A stretch of 64,000 bases of DNA from Azolla caroliniana (GCA_043228905.1 JBHGNT010000007.1:16306001-16370000); one strand, 5' to 3'; positions 12,718-25,641 are shown, counted from the stretch's first letter. The notes: generated from the sequence alone by a model not told the origin. Made by a program: numbers and translations.

Positions 12718-14015
12718 TTCTCTCTCTCTTCAGATGCTGATGTCGGCTGCAGAGGTTCTCAACCCTCGCACTTTGATACCGTGTAAAAATGAAGGTGGCG
12801 GCGGTTCTAGAGACTCTAGCAGCTGGCCCGAGAGCCGGCATGAGACCTAGAGTGACGGAAGGTGGCAGCGGCAAGGCGGGTGACCGAAACGAGAATCATG
12901 AAGATTGTAGCGAAAGGAGGAGAGATCCCTCGACACCGGGACTAGAGACTTCGGCGGTTGCGTACCAACATAAGACCGGAGAGATGGGCAGTGGCCGTGA
13001 GGATGCGAGGCCCGGAGCGAGCATGTGCGGAAGGATCAAAGAGGAGATAGTCTAGAACCGACCCGACCGGAAGACGAATCGGTCGGTAATCCGACATGAC
13101 CAGAGAGACGACGGGTGGCGGCGAGCAGTCAGTTACCGAAGCGGGCATCCAGTGCAGGAAGACGGACAACTGGGGCCAAGAGGGCGAAATGGAGTCTGAA
13201 GGGACCACGGTGACGAAAGAAAACGAGGCGGACGCGGAGGTCGGAACTACGGAGGGTGGAGCGCGTAATACAGAGCACCCACTACGACGGAATACGAACC
13301 ATGCACTACGGTGTAATACGACACATGCCCTATGGCGAGAAATGAAGCGTGCATTACAGCCGCACGAGGACCTAAGGGCGAGTGCGTATTTGGAGGTCGA
13401 CATTGACACGTCGATAGAGCCTACGGAAAACGAGCGCGGAACGGAAGGAGTCGGTGTGAGGTGTTCGGGACAAGGAGACTATTGAGCCGGAGATGAAACA
13501 CACGCGGCACGCGAAGGGCGGAATCCGGCATACAACCGGAGTGACTGGGGGCTAATCGGAGGGCATACGCGGCGGAAGCGAAGAACGAAGACCGGTCCTA
13601 TGGGTCACCTCAAACTGGGCTAGAGACTTCGACGGTCAACATCGGATCCGACGTAAGAACAAGATACTGACGGTGGCGGCAGGAGAACGGGACCTGGCAA
13701 TCCAAAGAGTGACGGATGATCCTGGACGAGAACCGGGCGGAGTGGACTTCTAGATAACCGATCCGTAAGGGAGGAGTAAGCAGGCCTATACGAGGCCGGA
13801 ACATGGTACATCGGTACCACAGGAGAGGGTGCGGAGCAAGCCACCCTCTCAACATGCGGAAAATCGAGGGCCCGAGGAGGATCCTTCACACCAGATCTAG
13901 AGATTTCGGCAGTTGGGCGAGGGGATAACGACAAGCAGAAGGTTCCAAACTGGTTGCAACGGAAGGTTCTGAACCGGTTGCAGCAACGCATGACGAAAGG
14001 GGCCAAGCGGGCTAC

Positions 14016-15324
14016 TGACAAGAACTGCATGCTTCGATGAACACCGCTCGGCCACAACCGAGTCTAAGATCAAACACGGAAAACGGGACGACACAAAGAA
14101 GAGAAAACAACATAGGATGTTTACGTGGAAAACCCAAACTCGGGAAAAACCACGGCAGCCCACAGACCGCAAACTATCATTATGTCAGAATGTACAATAA
14201 GAAAGCATCGAGGCCACGACCTCGAGCTTGCTATCTTCGCCACAGGCGGCGGTTACAATCAGAGGCAACGACCTCTTCCTCTCTCTCACTCTCTCTGTAC
14301 ACAGTTGCGTGCTCTAATCTTGCGCCAACAAGAATGACAACAGCTATACAATAAGTTTGCTCTAAGTCATATTTATACTAATATGACTTTTCGGCTATTT
14401 ACAAATATAGCCTCGATGGACTCTCAGAAACATATTTACGAATATCTCTCTTCATCCGGTGAGCACTCCTCACCAGGCCTGCATCATCCAGCGCTTGTCG
14501 GGTACTTGCCATCCGGTTCTCACCGGGTCTTCCGTTTCCGGGTACTCCTCATCCGGTTCTCACCGGGTCTGCACCATCCGGCTCTCCGTAGCCGGGTTCT
14601 CGTCATCCGGTTTCGGCCTCGGCCGAGTTTGCTCATCAGCACTGTTCTTCTCCCTTCCCATCTGGAGGGACCTATCTCCCAACAAACTCCCCATTCACTC
14701 CGGCATGGAGTGTCTTACTAGTCTGATCCGCTTCCGGTATGCATCTAGCTTGTCGGGTATCAACACTTTGGTCAGCATATCTGACCCGTTCTCGGCCGAG
14801 TGGATCTTCGTCAGCGCGAACTCCTGTTCATCTACTCTTTCCCGGATCTAGTGATACCTTCGCTGGATATGCTTCATCCGGGAATGTTAGGCCGCATTCT
14901 TAGCAAGGTGGATGGCACTTTGACTGTGGCAATAGAGCCGGTATTCATCTTCCCGGATACCAAGCTCTCCGATGAAGTCCTTCATCCATAATATTTCCTT
15001 GCCGGCTTCCACAGCCGCCATGTACTCCGCCTCCGTGGTTGACAATGCAACCGTCTTCTGTAGCCTCGACTGCCACGAAACAGCTCCCCCTGCATATGTC
15101 ATTACATACCCGGTTGTAGACCGGCTGGTATCCACATCAGCTGACATGTTCGAAGCGGTGAAACCGTCAAGTTGAGGTTTTCCGGAGCCGATTCGGAGAC
15201 ACATATTTGAAGTGCCCTTCAAATACCGGAGTATCTATTTGACCGCGTTCAAGTGCTCCTTGTCGAGTTTGCTCATTAGCACTATTCTTCTCCCTTCCCA
15301 TCCGGAGGGACCTGTCTCCCAACA
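14016..15324 (-). mobile_element. Copia B deletion derivative (1.3 kb) with intact TSD
   Basis: TSD GCTAC at 14011-14015 and 15325-15329; full LTR 14016-14684; RNase H remnant; only ~63 bp of the 5' LTR remains. Confidence 0.88.
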
Positions 15325-16029
15325 GCTACTATGGGGTGTTCCTCAGAGACGGAGGACACCGGTAAGCGGAGAAGCAGCAATGCATGATCTCGCCGGGCGA
15401 GGGCCGACGACACTTGCATGGGAAGTAACGGGTGTTCGGCAAGGGCGGTGCCGAACAACGAGAAGGGGATCTGTAGCACACGGAAGTGTCGGAGCGGGAA
15501 TACAGGCGCGAAGATGGGTTGCCGGTCCAGGTGATCTCGAGTAGAAGGCCAGAGAGGGATCCTCCACACTAGTTCCGGAGACCTTGGCAGTTCGGCCGTC
15601 GTGGCAATGTAAGACCAAGGAGAAGGTAGGTGGTAGTGAGGGGACGAAGGCGATGGAGATCAGCGCGGGACGACAATCGGGATGACGCGAAGGTCGACGG
15701 AGGCCAAGCGGGCCATCACGGGTGCTCCTTGGATGGAGGACACTACGTATCCGAAGGAACGAGAAGTATGCATGGGGTCGAAAGAAGGGCCAATGGTGAA
15801 GCATGCGCACTACGGGATCGCGGCGAATGACCTATCGACGGGTCAAACGAGCCTATGGGAAGGCAAACGCGAAGGACACAGAGCCGACGGTTCGGACCAG
15901 CGAGGCTAGCGAGGCCAGCACGGTAGCCCGAATGCGGATTACGGAAGACCGGTTTCTCACTGGCCGGAATCTCTCACCCTTTGCCGAATTTGGCACGTAC
16001 TGATGGACGTCCGGTTTGGTGGGGGTGGA

Positions 16030-17019
16030 TGTCGTGAAGATTTCTGGCTATGGTGTGAAACCAGGATGGGATGGGCAAGTCATCGGTGTGCAACATGTGC
16101 ACATCTACAATATAAAATGGTGTATAGAATAAAGAGGCGAAATTTATCCCACATTGTAAGGTCCCTCCCTCCTTGGGCTATAAAACGAAGGGAGGGGTCA
16201 CTTGTAAAGGGTTGCCCATTTTGAGTTAGGAAGGGTGTACCACTTAGGTCTAGGGTTTGGTAGTGTTCTTCCTCTTCATCTTATTCTTGTTCCCTTAGGG
16301 TTTCTACTTTGGTCTTTTCACTCTATTTCATTTTAGGGTTTTACTTTGGTCTTCTTCATTGTCTCGTGGGTTTGGTTCATTCTTTGAACGGAGGTTAGTA
16401 CTCCGTTTAGGTTCTTCTTCTTGTGAGAGTTCGTGCGAGTTAGGGTTTATGCATTTCGGGTCTTAGGGTGTTACTCTCTTTCTTCATGTGAGAGTTTGGA
16501 CTGTTTTGGGGTTCAACGACGACGACTTTTGGCATTCCAGTGGCGACACTTGGAGGTTCGGTTTCCTCTCCTCGATGGAGAGCGTTTCGTGTGGCGGCCG
16601 GTTCGAGAAGGGAGGGTGAAGTGGCATGGGAACACTCCACCGTCTTCGGGGCATGACCAATGGTGGACATCGCGGTCCCGACGGCCCACTTGACTCGCCT
16701 TCGCCGGTTCCCATTCTTAATTTGGTGTATTAGCCTATTGATATGTAATAGCCACCTGATTCGGTGCATGTAACCGTCTTGTTGTAAGACTCTTGTAATA
16801 TATATTCATGTTAGTGTATATCTATCTTCCTCGTAACATATTTGAGTCGGGTCCATAATTGTGGTGGACCGTTTTCTTGAAACTCTACATTCGTTGGAGC
16901 CGGAAGTGGATTCCAGACCGAAGCCCACAAAGCTTAAGGACTCCACCATCCGTCTCCCTAGTCCAAGACCCCCGTGGTCCCACCTAAGATCCTACATGTA
17001 CTTGCGGAATACCGCGACA
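16030..17019 (+). repeat. Gypsy (Trp group) 3' LTR (990 bp)
   Basis: Starts TGTCGTGAAGAT and ends GCGGAATACCGCGACA, like the LTR at 61829-62901; TATAAAA near 16180. Confidence 0.78.
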
Positions 17020-17235
17020 ATGGGCTATTTACAAATATGACCTCAACGGTCACGTCTGAACATATTTGCAAATATGTTCCTACTTGCTGGTTCATACTAG
17101 ATTTGGACGGACTCATTCCCGATCCATCTGATCGGGTATCCGGATACCTTCAGGATCCATCCAGTTTGGTTCCTCCCTTTGTCCCATTTGATCCAGCTCG
17201 TCTGTTTCTCATCCGGAGGAACCTGTTTCTCAACA
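17020..17235 (-). repeat. Truncated Copia B-like LTR
   Basis: GGCTATTTACAAATAT and CATCCGGAGGAACCTGTTTCTCAACA resemble the B LTR terminus. Confidence 0.7.
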
Positions 17236-17774
17236 GATACTTCATCACATTCATAGATGATTGTACACGGAAGGTTTGAGCCTACTCTATTAGGTTAAAT
17301 GACGAAGCGCTCAAGGTCCCCAGGGACAAAAGGACCAAACTAGCACCCCATGCACTTAAGTGTATACTTCTTGGCTATGACACTGATGTGGACTTCGACT
17401 ATAGGCTATAGGATCTGGAGAGTTGGAAATTGATCCCCAGCAGCGATGTGGTCTTCAATGAAGACACAATACTCTCCAACCCGACCCAACCAAAGAAAAT
17501 ATGTAAAAAGGTTTCATTCGACCTTGAAAGATCGGTCGTAGAAGGGCCGACCAACTGGGCCGAATTGAAGATTCGACAAACAATTGACATCGACCAAATC
17601 TGGATCGGCAAAAGGTCTATTAGACGAAATCGAATTAATCAACTAAAAGATTGATTAGAGCCAAATCGGCAAAGATAACCAAAAGGACAGAAGAACAAAA
17701 AGGTCGAGTTGTACTGACCAAGGCACCAACCCCTCTGTCAATCAATCCTGATGAAGGGGAGGATGATTCAACAT

Positions 17775-18720
17775 TGTCGAAATCCTATTGCAGGGGCGTG
17801 TTGTCAATGGGGAATTCCGGCCACAAGGAGAAACTTTGCCAGATGCGTGTGAACGAGGGTGTGTGAGTATACACATGAATTTGGTCTTTATAGGTATAAT
17901 CCCAAATAGATTGAACCGTTATTTTCTATATTTAACAGGTATCCGGAAGACATAACAACCTTTTCGAACCTTTATTTGTATTGTTAACTAGTCCTTGCTG
18001 TGCATTCCGTGACAATCTACTGGAATTTCATTAGTCTGGCTGATTTTGTACGAGTAAAACAGGGAAATGTATAGAGAGATCTTTTTCTGAATATTTATAT
18101 ATTCATCTAAATTCAATCATTTTTTAGGGGTAGGTCTAACAAACTATGTAAATATCGAAGTATTAATAAGTACTAGGTAAAGTAGTTAATGAGTACTTTA
18201 ATGTCCCACAAAAAGAGAGAGGAATAAAGTGTGTGATGAGAGAAAATCATGGGAAGAATCTCTAACGAAAACAGTTGTCTTCATGACTGATGTAACGGCT
18301 TCTCTTTGTGCTATAAAAGGGGAGGTTTTGAATTGATGTGGGGATCCATCATTTTGGAGGACTCTACTCGGATTGAGTTCTGTAGGTTTTCTGGTTTTCT
18401 GCTCCACGTATTCGTTAGGTGTCGGTGAGGCCGCTGCTCATGTATGAAGCTCGTGTGCTCCTGACTAGAGGCTCATCAGTTTTGTGTGTTTTAAGATCTA
18501 TTATCGATTCATTATATTTGAGTCTCTCCCTGTGTTTGAGTCTGCACTTTTATTTTTGTTTTCGGTCGTTCCTTGCATCTATCGAAGTTTTTGGGTCCAT
18601 GCGCTCATCTTCTGGAATCTTGCGACAGGTCGGGTAGGAAACATGTGCCTTGTGCGAGCCCGTGTGCTCTGCGTGCATCTCTAACAACCAAGCTGGTTAA
18701 TCACTGTAAGCGACCCTCTG

Positions 18721-18762
<42 letters not shown>

Positions 18763-20930
18763 GCTCCTAGGTCCACCACAACATATTTGGTGAACCCGAC
18801 ATGAAAGGGGTGGTAAAGGAGTCCAAATTTAGGGGAAACGAACTTGTAGAGGTAATGGCGGTGGCCGTTCACCATCTAGTGAATGCATAGGAGAGTGTAG
18901 GTGGCACTAGAGACAATAATCATTGTGTGCATCTTTGTGTGCCTTTTGTGCAGGGTTATAGAGACAATAGTCGATTTAACGAGAAAGATGTGACAAGTTA
19001 CCTGGAGTCCTCGAAGAGATCGAGAGGGTAGTCAAAGAAGGCCCAAGTGAAGACCGGACGATGCCGATCAATTCGGTCGACATGTATGAAGTCATTGAGG
19101 AGTTTGAAAGGTCGGTCGGGTCGGGTCGGATAACCCGAGTCGATACGAAGTACAAAATTGTGGACAAGAAGGTGAGGCCGATCACGGCCCCCTTATTAGA
19201 GGATAGCTGGGAGCGAATGAAGGGGGTTGCGGTTGACCCCAGTCTAGGAGATCCGACCAGCATAGGGCACCGGTTTACCGATGAGACACTCCGGAAGCTG
19301 AAGCCAGTCAATAAGGTATAAATTATGTAAATATCGAAGTATTAATAAGTACTAGGTAGAGTAATTAATGGGTACTTTAATGTCCCACAAACAAAAAGAG
19401 AAATAAAGTGTGTGATGAGGGAAAATCGTGGGAAGAATCTCTGACAAAAACAGTTGTCTTCATGACTAATGTAACGGCCTCCCCTTGTGCTATAAAAGGG
19501 GAGGTTTTGAACTAATGTGGGGATCCATCTTTTTGGAGGACGAAGTGTTGCTCCGCATATTTGTTAGGTGTCAGTGAGGCCTCTGCTGGCGTAGGAAGCC
19601 CATGTGCTCCAGACCAGAGGCTCATCAGTTTGGTGTGTGTGCATGGGAAGACCTCAAAGCTCTCTCACCGGTTGAGTCCAATTGTATTTTGTGTGTTTTA
19701 ATCTATTACCAATTCGTTATATCTAAGTCTCTCCCCGTGTTTGAATCTACACTCTTATTTACGTTTTCGATCGTTCCTCGCATCTATCCGAGTTCCTAGG
19801 TCCATGCGCTCATCTTCCGGAATTCGGCGACGGGCCGGGTAGGAAACACGTGCCATGTGCGAGTCCGTGTGCTCTACGTGCATCTCCGACTACCAAACCA
19901 GTTAATCACGGTAAGCGACCATCTCTTCCTCTCTCTCTCTCGCAATGTTAAAGAAAATTGGCAACATTTGAAGGATATCATCCTTAAGGTTGGGTATCAA
20001 TACTTTAAGAGGCATTTGGGTGGGCATAGTACGTGTCGTTTTCCATGTAATTCTTGGTTCGACGATGAATGTAAGATGTATCTCAAATGGTTTAAGTCCA
20101 CAGAGGGGGAAAATGAAAAGATTGTTGCATGACACCTATATAAGAAAGTAGTGAGGAGAAACAAAAGAAAATATTTCCGAATGCACGAGATGAAAAAGAA
20201 AAACTTGTTTAAGCCCAAACCAAAATTAGCATGGGGACAACTCAAGGGTAAGAAAGAAGATGTGAAAGGCCACTTTACAAATGAAGAGATGTTAAACTAT
20301 GTACAAAGGCTATATATGCATGAAGGTGTGGCTCCTATGATTGAGAAAATTGAAACACCATGCACTATATGTATTGATGTCAATAAGAGAATAAAGACGA
20401 TGGCGAGTGGGAAAGTAGTGGATGCAACCTACATCTCAAGTGAGCTTTTAAAATGGACAATGCCACATACTCGTCATTGGATGATGACAATTATAGAGCA
20501 AACTATAAAACAAGGATTTCCAAATGATTGGTTGGACATGCAAAGTATGCAATGAAGGCATGGTAGAGGATGAATGTCCCTTGCTCTTCACATGCTCGAC
20601 ATATAGTGCAATTCATTCAGGATATGCTAACATACTAAGAGGGAGTGATAACTTAAGTGCTATACTTAAGACACCACCGTGAAGGTTGAGCTCATATGTG
20701 TATGCTTTATTCACACATAGAGACTTTGTGCTTCAATGTATGAATACCCCTTCTTAGGAAGGAGACACATATCAAGAACACATGTACACTCTAGTCCCAT
20801 AGGTCAAAATTGGCCTCTTTATTCTTTATGGACGATAAAAATTCTAATTCTAATTCTAATTCCAGTTCCTAGGTCCAAGACCCTGGTGGTCTCACCCCGA
20901 TCTAACACCTACCCGTGGAAAACCACGACA
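17775..20930 (+). mobile_element. Heavily deleted Trp-primed Gypsy element
   Basis: TGTCG...CGACA ends with ACAT on both sides; LTR1 17775-18783; PBS TGGTGAACCCGACATGAA at 18788; pol scrap TKYKIVDKKVRP; LTR2 from about 19320. Confidence 0.75.
19942..20861 (+). mobile_element. 5'-truncated, internally deleted LINE (RTE-X-like) inserted in a (CT)n of the Gypsy LTR
   Basis: FPCNSWFDDECK linker motif; C-terminal CKVCNEGMVEDECPLLFTCSTY knuckle-like motif; (TTCTAA)3 tail; RT core absent. Confidence 0.7.
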
Positions 20931-21227
20931 ACATCATCCCAAGGAACTTCTGAAGTCGCAAAACCAATTGAAGAATACGAACCGACAAAATCAGCACCCA
21001 AGAGATTCGGTCAAGTCAAAAGGTCGGCAAAGTTCTATCAACTAGGCCTTGATTACGTCCATTACATGGATGCAAGAGAATCAAGTTCCTACAAGGATGC
21101 AATCGCCGCATTGGATGCCGACACATGGCTTCAAGCAATGAGTTCTAAGATGGACTCAATCAAGGAAAATAAGGCATGAGAGTTGGTCAAATTACCAGCT
21201 GATTAGAAGCCACTACCGTGCAAATGG

Positions 21228-21820
21228 TGTTAGGATTTTGGTCCCTCCGGATGGGATATGAGTACCCGGCAATGGAAGACCCGGTGAGAACCGGATGATG
21301 AGTACCCGGCAAGGAAGACCCAGTGAGAACCTCTCACCGGATGAAGGGACATATATGTAAATATGTTTCTGTTAGCCCATTGTGGCTATATTTGTAAATA
21401 GCCCGAAAGTCATATTAGTATAAATATGACCTAGGGCAAACAGAGGTATTGTGGTTGCAGATCGTTGTATAGAGTTATTGAGTGTAACTATTGTACAGAG
21501 TGAAAGAGAGAGAGAGAGAGATACAGAGTGAGTCTCTATTGTAACTGCCGCCAGGCAAAGATTGTGAGCAAGAGGTTGTTGCCTCTATGTTCACCTGTTG
21601 TATTCCTCTCGACATATGGATAGTTAGAGTTTGTGGACTCCCGTGGTTTTTTCCCATTTAGGGTTTTCCACGTAAACATATTGTGTACCCTCTCTCATAT
21701 TGTTTGTGTGTACATGCATTTACCTTCATTGCCCATTTCTTCTGTGGTTGTGATTCTAACGAAGTGATTGAAGTCTCAGTTGTGGCCGAGATATATTCCG
21801 CACACACATATTTCGCGTCA
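21228..21820 (+). mobile_element. Copia B-like solo LTR (593 bp)
   Basis: TG...CA with 5-bp TSD AATGG; removing it restores host TGC AAA TGG GTC TAC (CKWVY). Confidence 0.9.
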
Positions 21821-23296
21821 AATGGGTCTACTGTACAAGTATGAATTTGGTTCAGAACGACCCAAGTACAAAGCTTGGCTCGTCGCCAAAGGTCTCAAAC
21901 AAGAACATGGGGTCATCTACGACGAGATCTTCTCACCAGTAGTCAAAATGACCACTCTTCAACTCCTTCTCGGGGTTGTGGCGACAAAAGGCCTAGACCT
22001 TGAACAACTTGATGTCAAGACGGCCTTCCTACACGAAGATCTTGAAGAAGACATTTACATGTCCTAACCAGCAAACTTCACGATGACGACGAAGCAAGGC
22101 CACCTCGTTTGCAAGCTAAAGAAGACCTTATATGGCCTCAAGCAAGCACCGAGAATATGGTATGAAAAGTTTGATACCTACATCTGGTAACTCAACTATA
22201 GCTGGTCGGACTCTAACCCATACATGTACATCCGGCAATTGGCCAAGGAGTCCCAGATCTACTTGATTCTATACGTTGACGACATGCTTAAAGTAGAAAT
22301 CGGAAAACTAAGGTGGAGTCTTCATGAGAAATTCTGAATGAAAGAACTCGGAGAAGCCCAACACATACTAGACATGCGGATAGAGCAAAATCGAACGAAG
22401 AAGATCCCTCTGGCTCTCCCAATCCGATTAGTTCTGAAAGGTGGTGAGGCATTTCAATATGGAGGACACAATGCCAATATCGACACCGCTTCCGATGTCA
22501 CATTGACTATCGAACAAAGACTCTCCATCCATAGTAGAGGAGAGAAAGCTCATGAGCCGAATACCTTACACATTGGTCATAGGAGTCTTATGTACGCAAT
22601 GGTGGTGACTTGACCCGACCTTGCATATGTCGTAGGGGTAATCAGCCGGTATATGTCTAATCTCGGACGGGAGCATTGGGAAGCTATGAAGAAGAACTTC
22701 AGGTACCTACAAGGGATTGAAGATCTACAATTGACTTTCGGATCATCAAATCCGACCGAAATCGAAGGCGCAATAAACCTCATCAAGAATCTGGTATACT
22801 ATGCTAAGACGAAGCACATTGAGGTGAGGTACCATCATATTTGGGAGCTTGTCATTGACAAAAAGCTCGAAGTCCAAAAGGTGGATACCAAGGTGAACAT
22901 CGTTAACAGACTGACAAAGCCACTCCCAAATCAACGCTTCAATGCACTAAGCAAACATATGGGACTACAAGAGAGCGAGCAAAGAGGAGTTGAAGGAGGA
23001 GCAGAAGGTAATTTGAAGAACGGTAGGCCCAAACAAGTTGAAAAGGACATGAGTGGGAGGAGACCGAAAGGACATGAGATGATCCAAGGTCGAATGGAAC
23101 TGAAAATTGATCGACAATCCATCGAAGAGCACGAGAACCAACGCACATGAAGACCCAATGGCCTAGAGGCCAAAAGCAGAATCGACCACTATTTGATTCG
23201 AACATCAGTCGACTTGGCGAACAATTGATGAGCTAAAGCCAACTTTACCTCAACTGAATTGGCCACCAACCGGTCAACTTGTGACATACACTATAG

Positions 23297-23320
23297 TTTA
23301 GGGTTTAGGGTTTAGGGTTT
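23297..23320 (+). repeat. Interstitial plant telomere motif (TTTAGGG)3
   Basis: TTTAGGGTTTAGGGTTTAGGGTTT read directly. Confidence 0.85.
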
Positions 23321-24808
23321 AATTTAAGCTTACGGGGAATATAATCCCATATTATTGTATGTAGATAGAGTAGTCCTTTTACAGGGGAGTTTGTTGGGAT
23401 AAAAGTCCCACTTTGCCCACCTTTTATATCTAGTGTGAACACATTGTTACCGTAACTATATAAGTGGGCGACTGACCTTGTAAAGAAACATTGGTTGCTA
23501 ATGTAACATAGTCTCTCTGAGCTTAAAACATTTCTCTCTGTGTGCAACTGTTTGTTTCCATCTTTGTGAATCTTGTCACAATGCATAACTCTATCCTGCT
23601 CACTACTTGTATTGTTTGCTAGACTCACTGACAGGTCCTCAACCTTCCTCAACATCAACTTGAATACTCAATATGAGCAAGCGTGTCCTCCTTTGATAAC
23701 ATATCCACCACATCCTCCTCCAAATGTGCATTAGGGGCTTCCTTCACTTGTGACCTAACAACTTTTCGTTTAGTTGTAAAAATTGAGATCCAAAAATTAG
23801 AATTTGATCCTCATAACGAGTTCTTCTCAATTGTATAATTAAGATTCCCAATCTTCCAAAGATTCATCATTCGTCATTTTTGCTCCAAATCACGTAACTT
23901 CAAGCTTCGAGCTTGAAATTCTGATGCGAAATGTTTGACACATTCCTTGCTCGATTATGTCATTTGGACAAAAAATTACAAGAAATATTTCAATATAAAT
24001 ACTAAATTTATAAGTAACACAATTGTCGAAATGAGTACGTAAGAGTAATGATTTAACTACGTCACATGGAATAGTTTGATGGCAAATATATTGGATGTAT
24101 AGATGTATGATTTGTGTAGAGTTTCAAATAGATATCCTAGAGTTTTGGGTCATAGGACCAATGAGACACAACTTTGTTGTCTCTTGTTGTCAATGATCTT
24201 GTATGCCCTCTTGATTTGCTACCCCGAGCCTGTTTGAGATGCCTTACAACGCTTTTGCCTTGATCCAAAATTTCTACCCGTCGCAATGAGCTCTCCTCTT
24301 CTTTTTATAAGCCTCAAAAGATCCTCATGCAAATAAAAGTAGCAATTGTCTTTTTATTAGCATGCACCTCACTTTTTCCTCACCATGTATACACTATTTA
24401 TCCTTCTAAGGCTTGGTGTAAGTAAAATCCCAATCATTATGTTCATCCCATTGACATTGGCTTGATCTCTCATTCTCCAATCAAGACTCAAACCCTTGAT
24501 CTCTAATTCATAGTGTGAATTCTTGACAATTGAGCTAAGTCTTTTTAAGTTCATCTGATTTTGTGATTTTCCTTATCGTTCAACCTTTCATGTGTCTCTA
24601 GTCGAACTCATTTCTTTATGTATACTCACCACATCATGACAATGTGACCTTGATATTACATCAAAATCAAGCCACCCCCAATATCATTGTTTATGGGTCT
24701 ACTTCAACACACATCTATTCTACAACATTAACAGGAAAACGTTGTTGTAGAGAATCGAGGTAGGACTTTGGCGTTGGTTGAGATCAAGCTTGTCTCGAGG
24801 TTCCTCCA

Positions 24809-24810
<2 letters not shown>

Positions 24811-24852
<42 letters not shown>

Positions 24853-24926
24853 CGATGATTGGGTAGACACCCTATTTTATTGTACACCAATTGTCTCATG
24901 GGCCAAATTTTGGCCTTAGAAGACAT

Positions 24927-24974
<48 letters not shown>

Positions 24975-25248
24975 CGATGATTGGGTAGACACCCTATTTT
25001 ATTGTACACCAATTGTCTCATGGGCCAAATTTTGGCCTTGGAAGACATTAATCTCTCTCTCTCTCTCTCAATTTCGATGATTGGGTAGACACCCTATTTT
25101 ATTGTACACCAATTGTCTCATGGGCCAAATTTTGGCCTTCGAAGACATTAATCTCTCTCTCTCTCTCTCAATTTCGATGATTGGGTAGACACCCTATTTT
25201 ATTGTACACCAATTGTCTCATGGGCCAAATTTTGGCCTTAGAAGACAT

Positions 25249-25301
<53 letters not shown>

Positions 25302-25380
25302 AATTTCGATGATTGGGTAGACACCCTATTTTATTGTACACCAATTGTCTCATGGGCCAAATTTTGGCCTTAGAAGACAT

Positions 25381-25426
<46 letters not shown>

Positions 25427-25600
25427 CGATGATTGGGTAGACACCCTATTTTATTGTACACCAATTGTCTCATGGGCCAAATTTTGGCCTTGGAAGACAT
25501 TAATCTCTCTCTCTCTCTCTCAATTTCGATGATTGGGTAGACACCCTATTTTATTGTACACCAATTGTCTCATGGGCCAAATTTTGGCCTTAGAAGACAT

Positions 25601-25641
<41 letters not shown>
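24811..25641. repeat. Compound tandem array: 7 x 83-bp unit separated by variable (TC)n tracts
   Basis: Units start at 24847, 24969, 25069, 25169, 25301, 25421 and 25521; the following TC tracts are 39, 17, 17, 49, 37, 17 and 37 nt. Confidence 0.97.

Larger units (their letters stand above)
4910..12789 (-). mobile_element. Ty1/Copia family A copy, disrupted by nested insertions and deletions
   Basis: 3' LTR stub ending at 4979 plus PPT, RT/RH 5410-7342, gag-PR 11230-12717, decayed iMet PBS 12770-12781. Proteins closely match the 29625-35289 element. Confidence 0.9.
12790..17019 (+). mobile_element. 3' part of a Trp-group Gypsy-related element lacking recognisable pol (non-autonomous/LARD-like or long 3' region)
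   Basis: PPT GGTTTGGTGGGGGTGGA before TGTCGTGAAGA at 16030 matches the PPT/LTR junction of the 54414-61363 element. The internal region is GC-rich with no clear domains. Confidence 0.65.
17236..23150 (+). mobile_element. Old Copia (D) INT-RT-RH remnant, host of nested insertions
   Basis: RYFITFIDDCTRKV; CKWVY split by a solo LTR; EQLDVKTAFLH; KTKHIEVRYH. Confidence 0.82.

Noticed and set aside
16860-16890. LTR end at CTCTACA (16890)
   Set aside because: Homology with the 61829 LTR terminus places the end at 17019.
23330-24800. Gene or MITE in the AT-rich stretch
   Set aside because: No convincing ORF, TIR or TSD could be identified by eye.
24811-25641. CRISPR array
   Set aside because: Spacers are only (TC)n, the 83-bp repeat is too long, there are no cas genes, and the context is eukaryotic.
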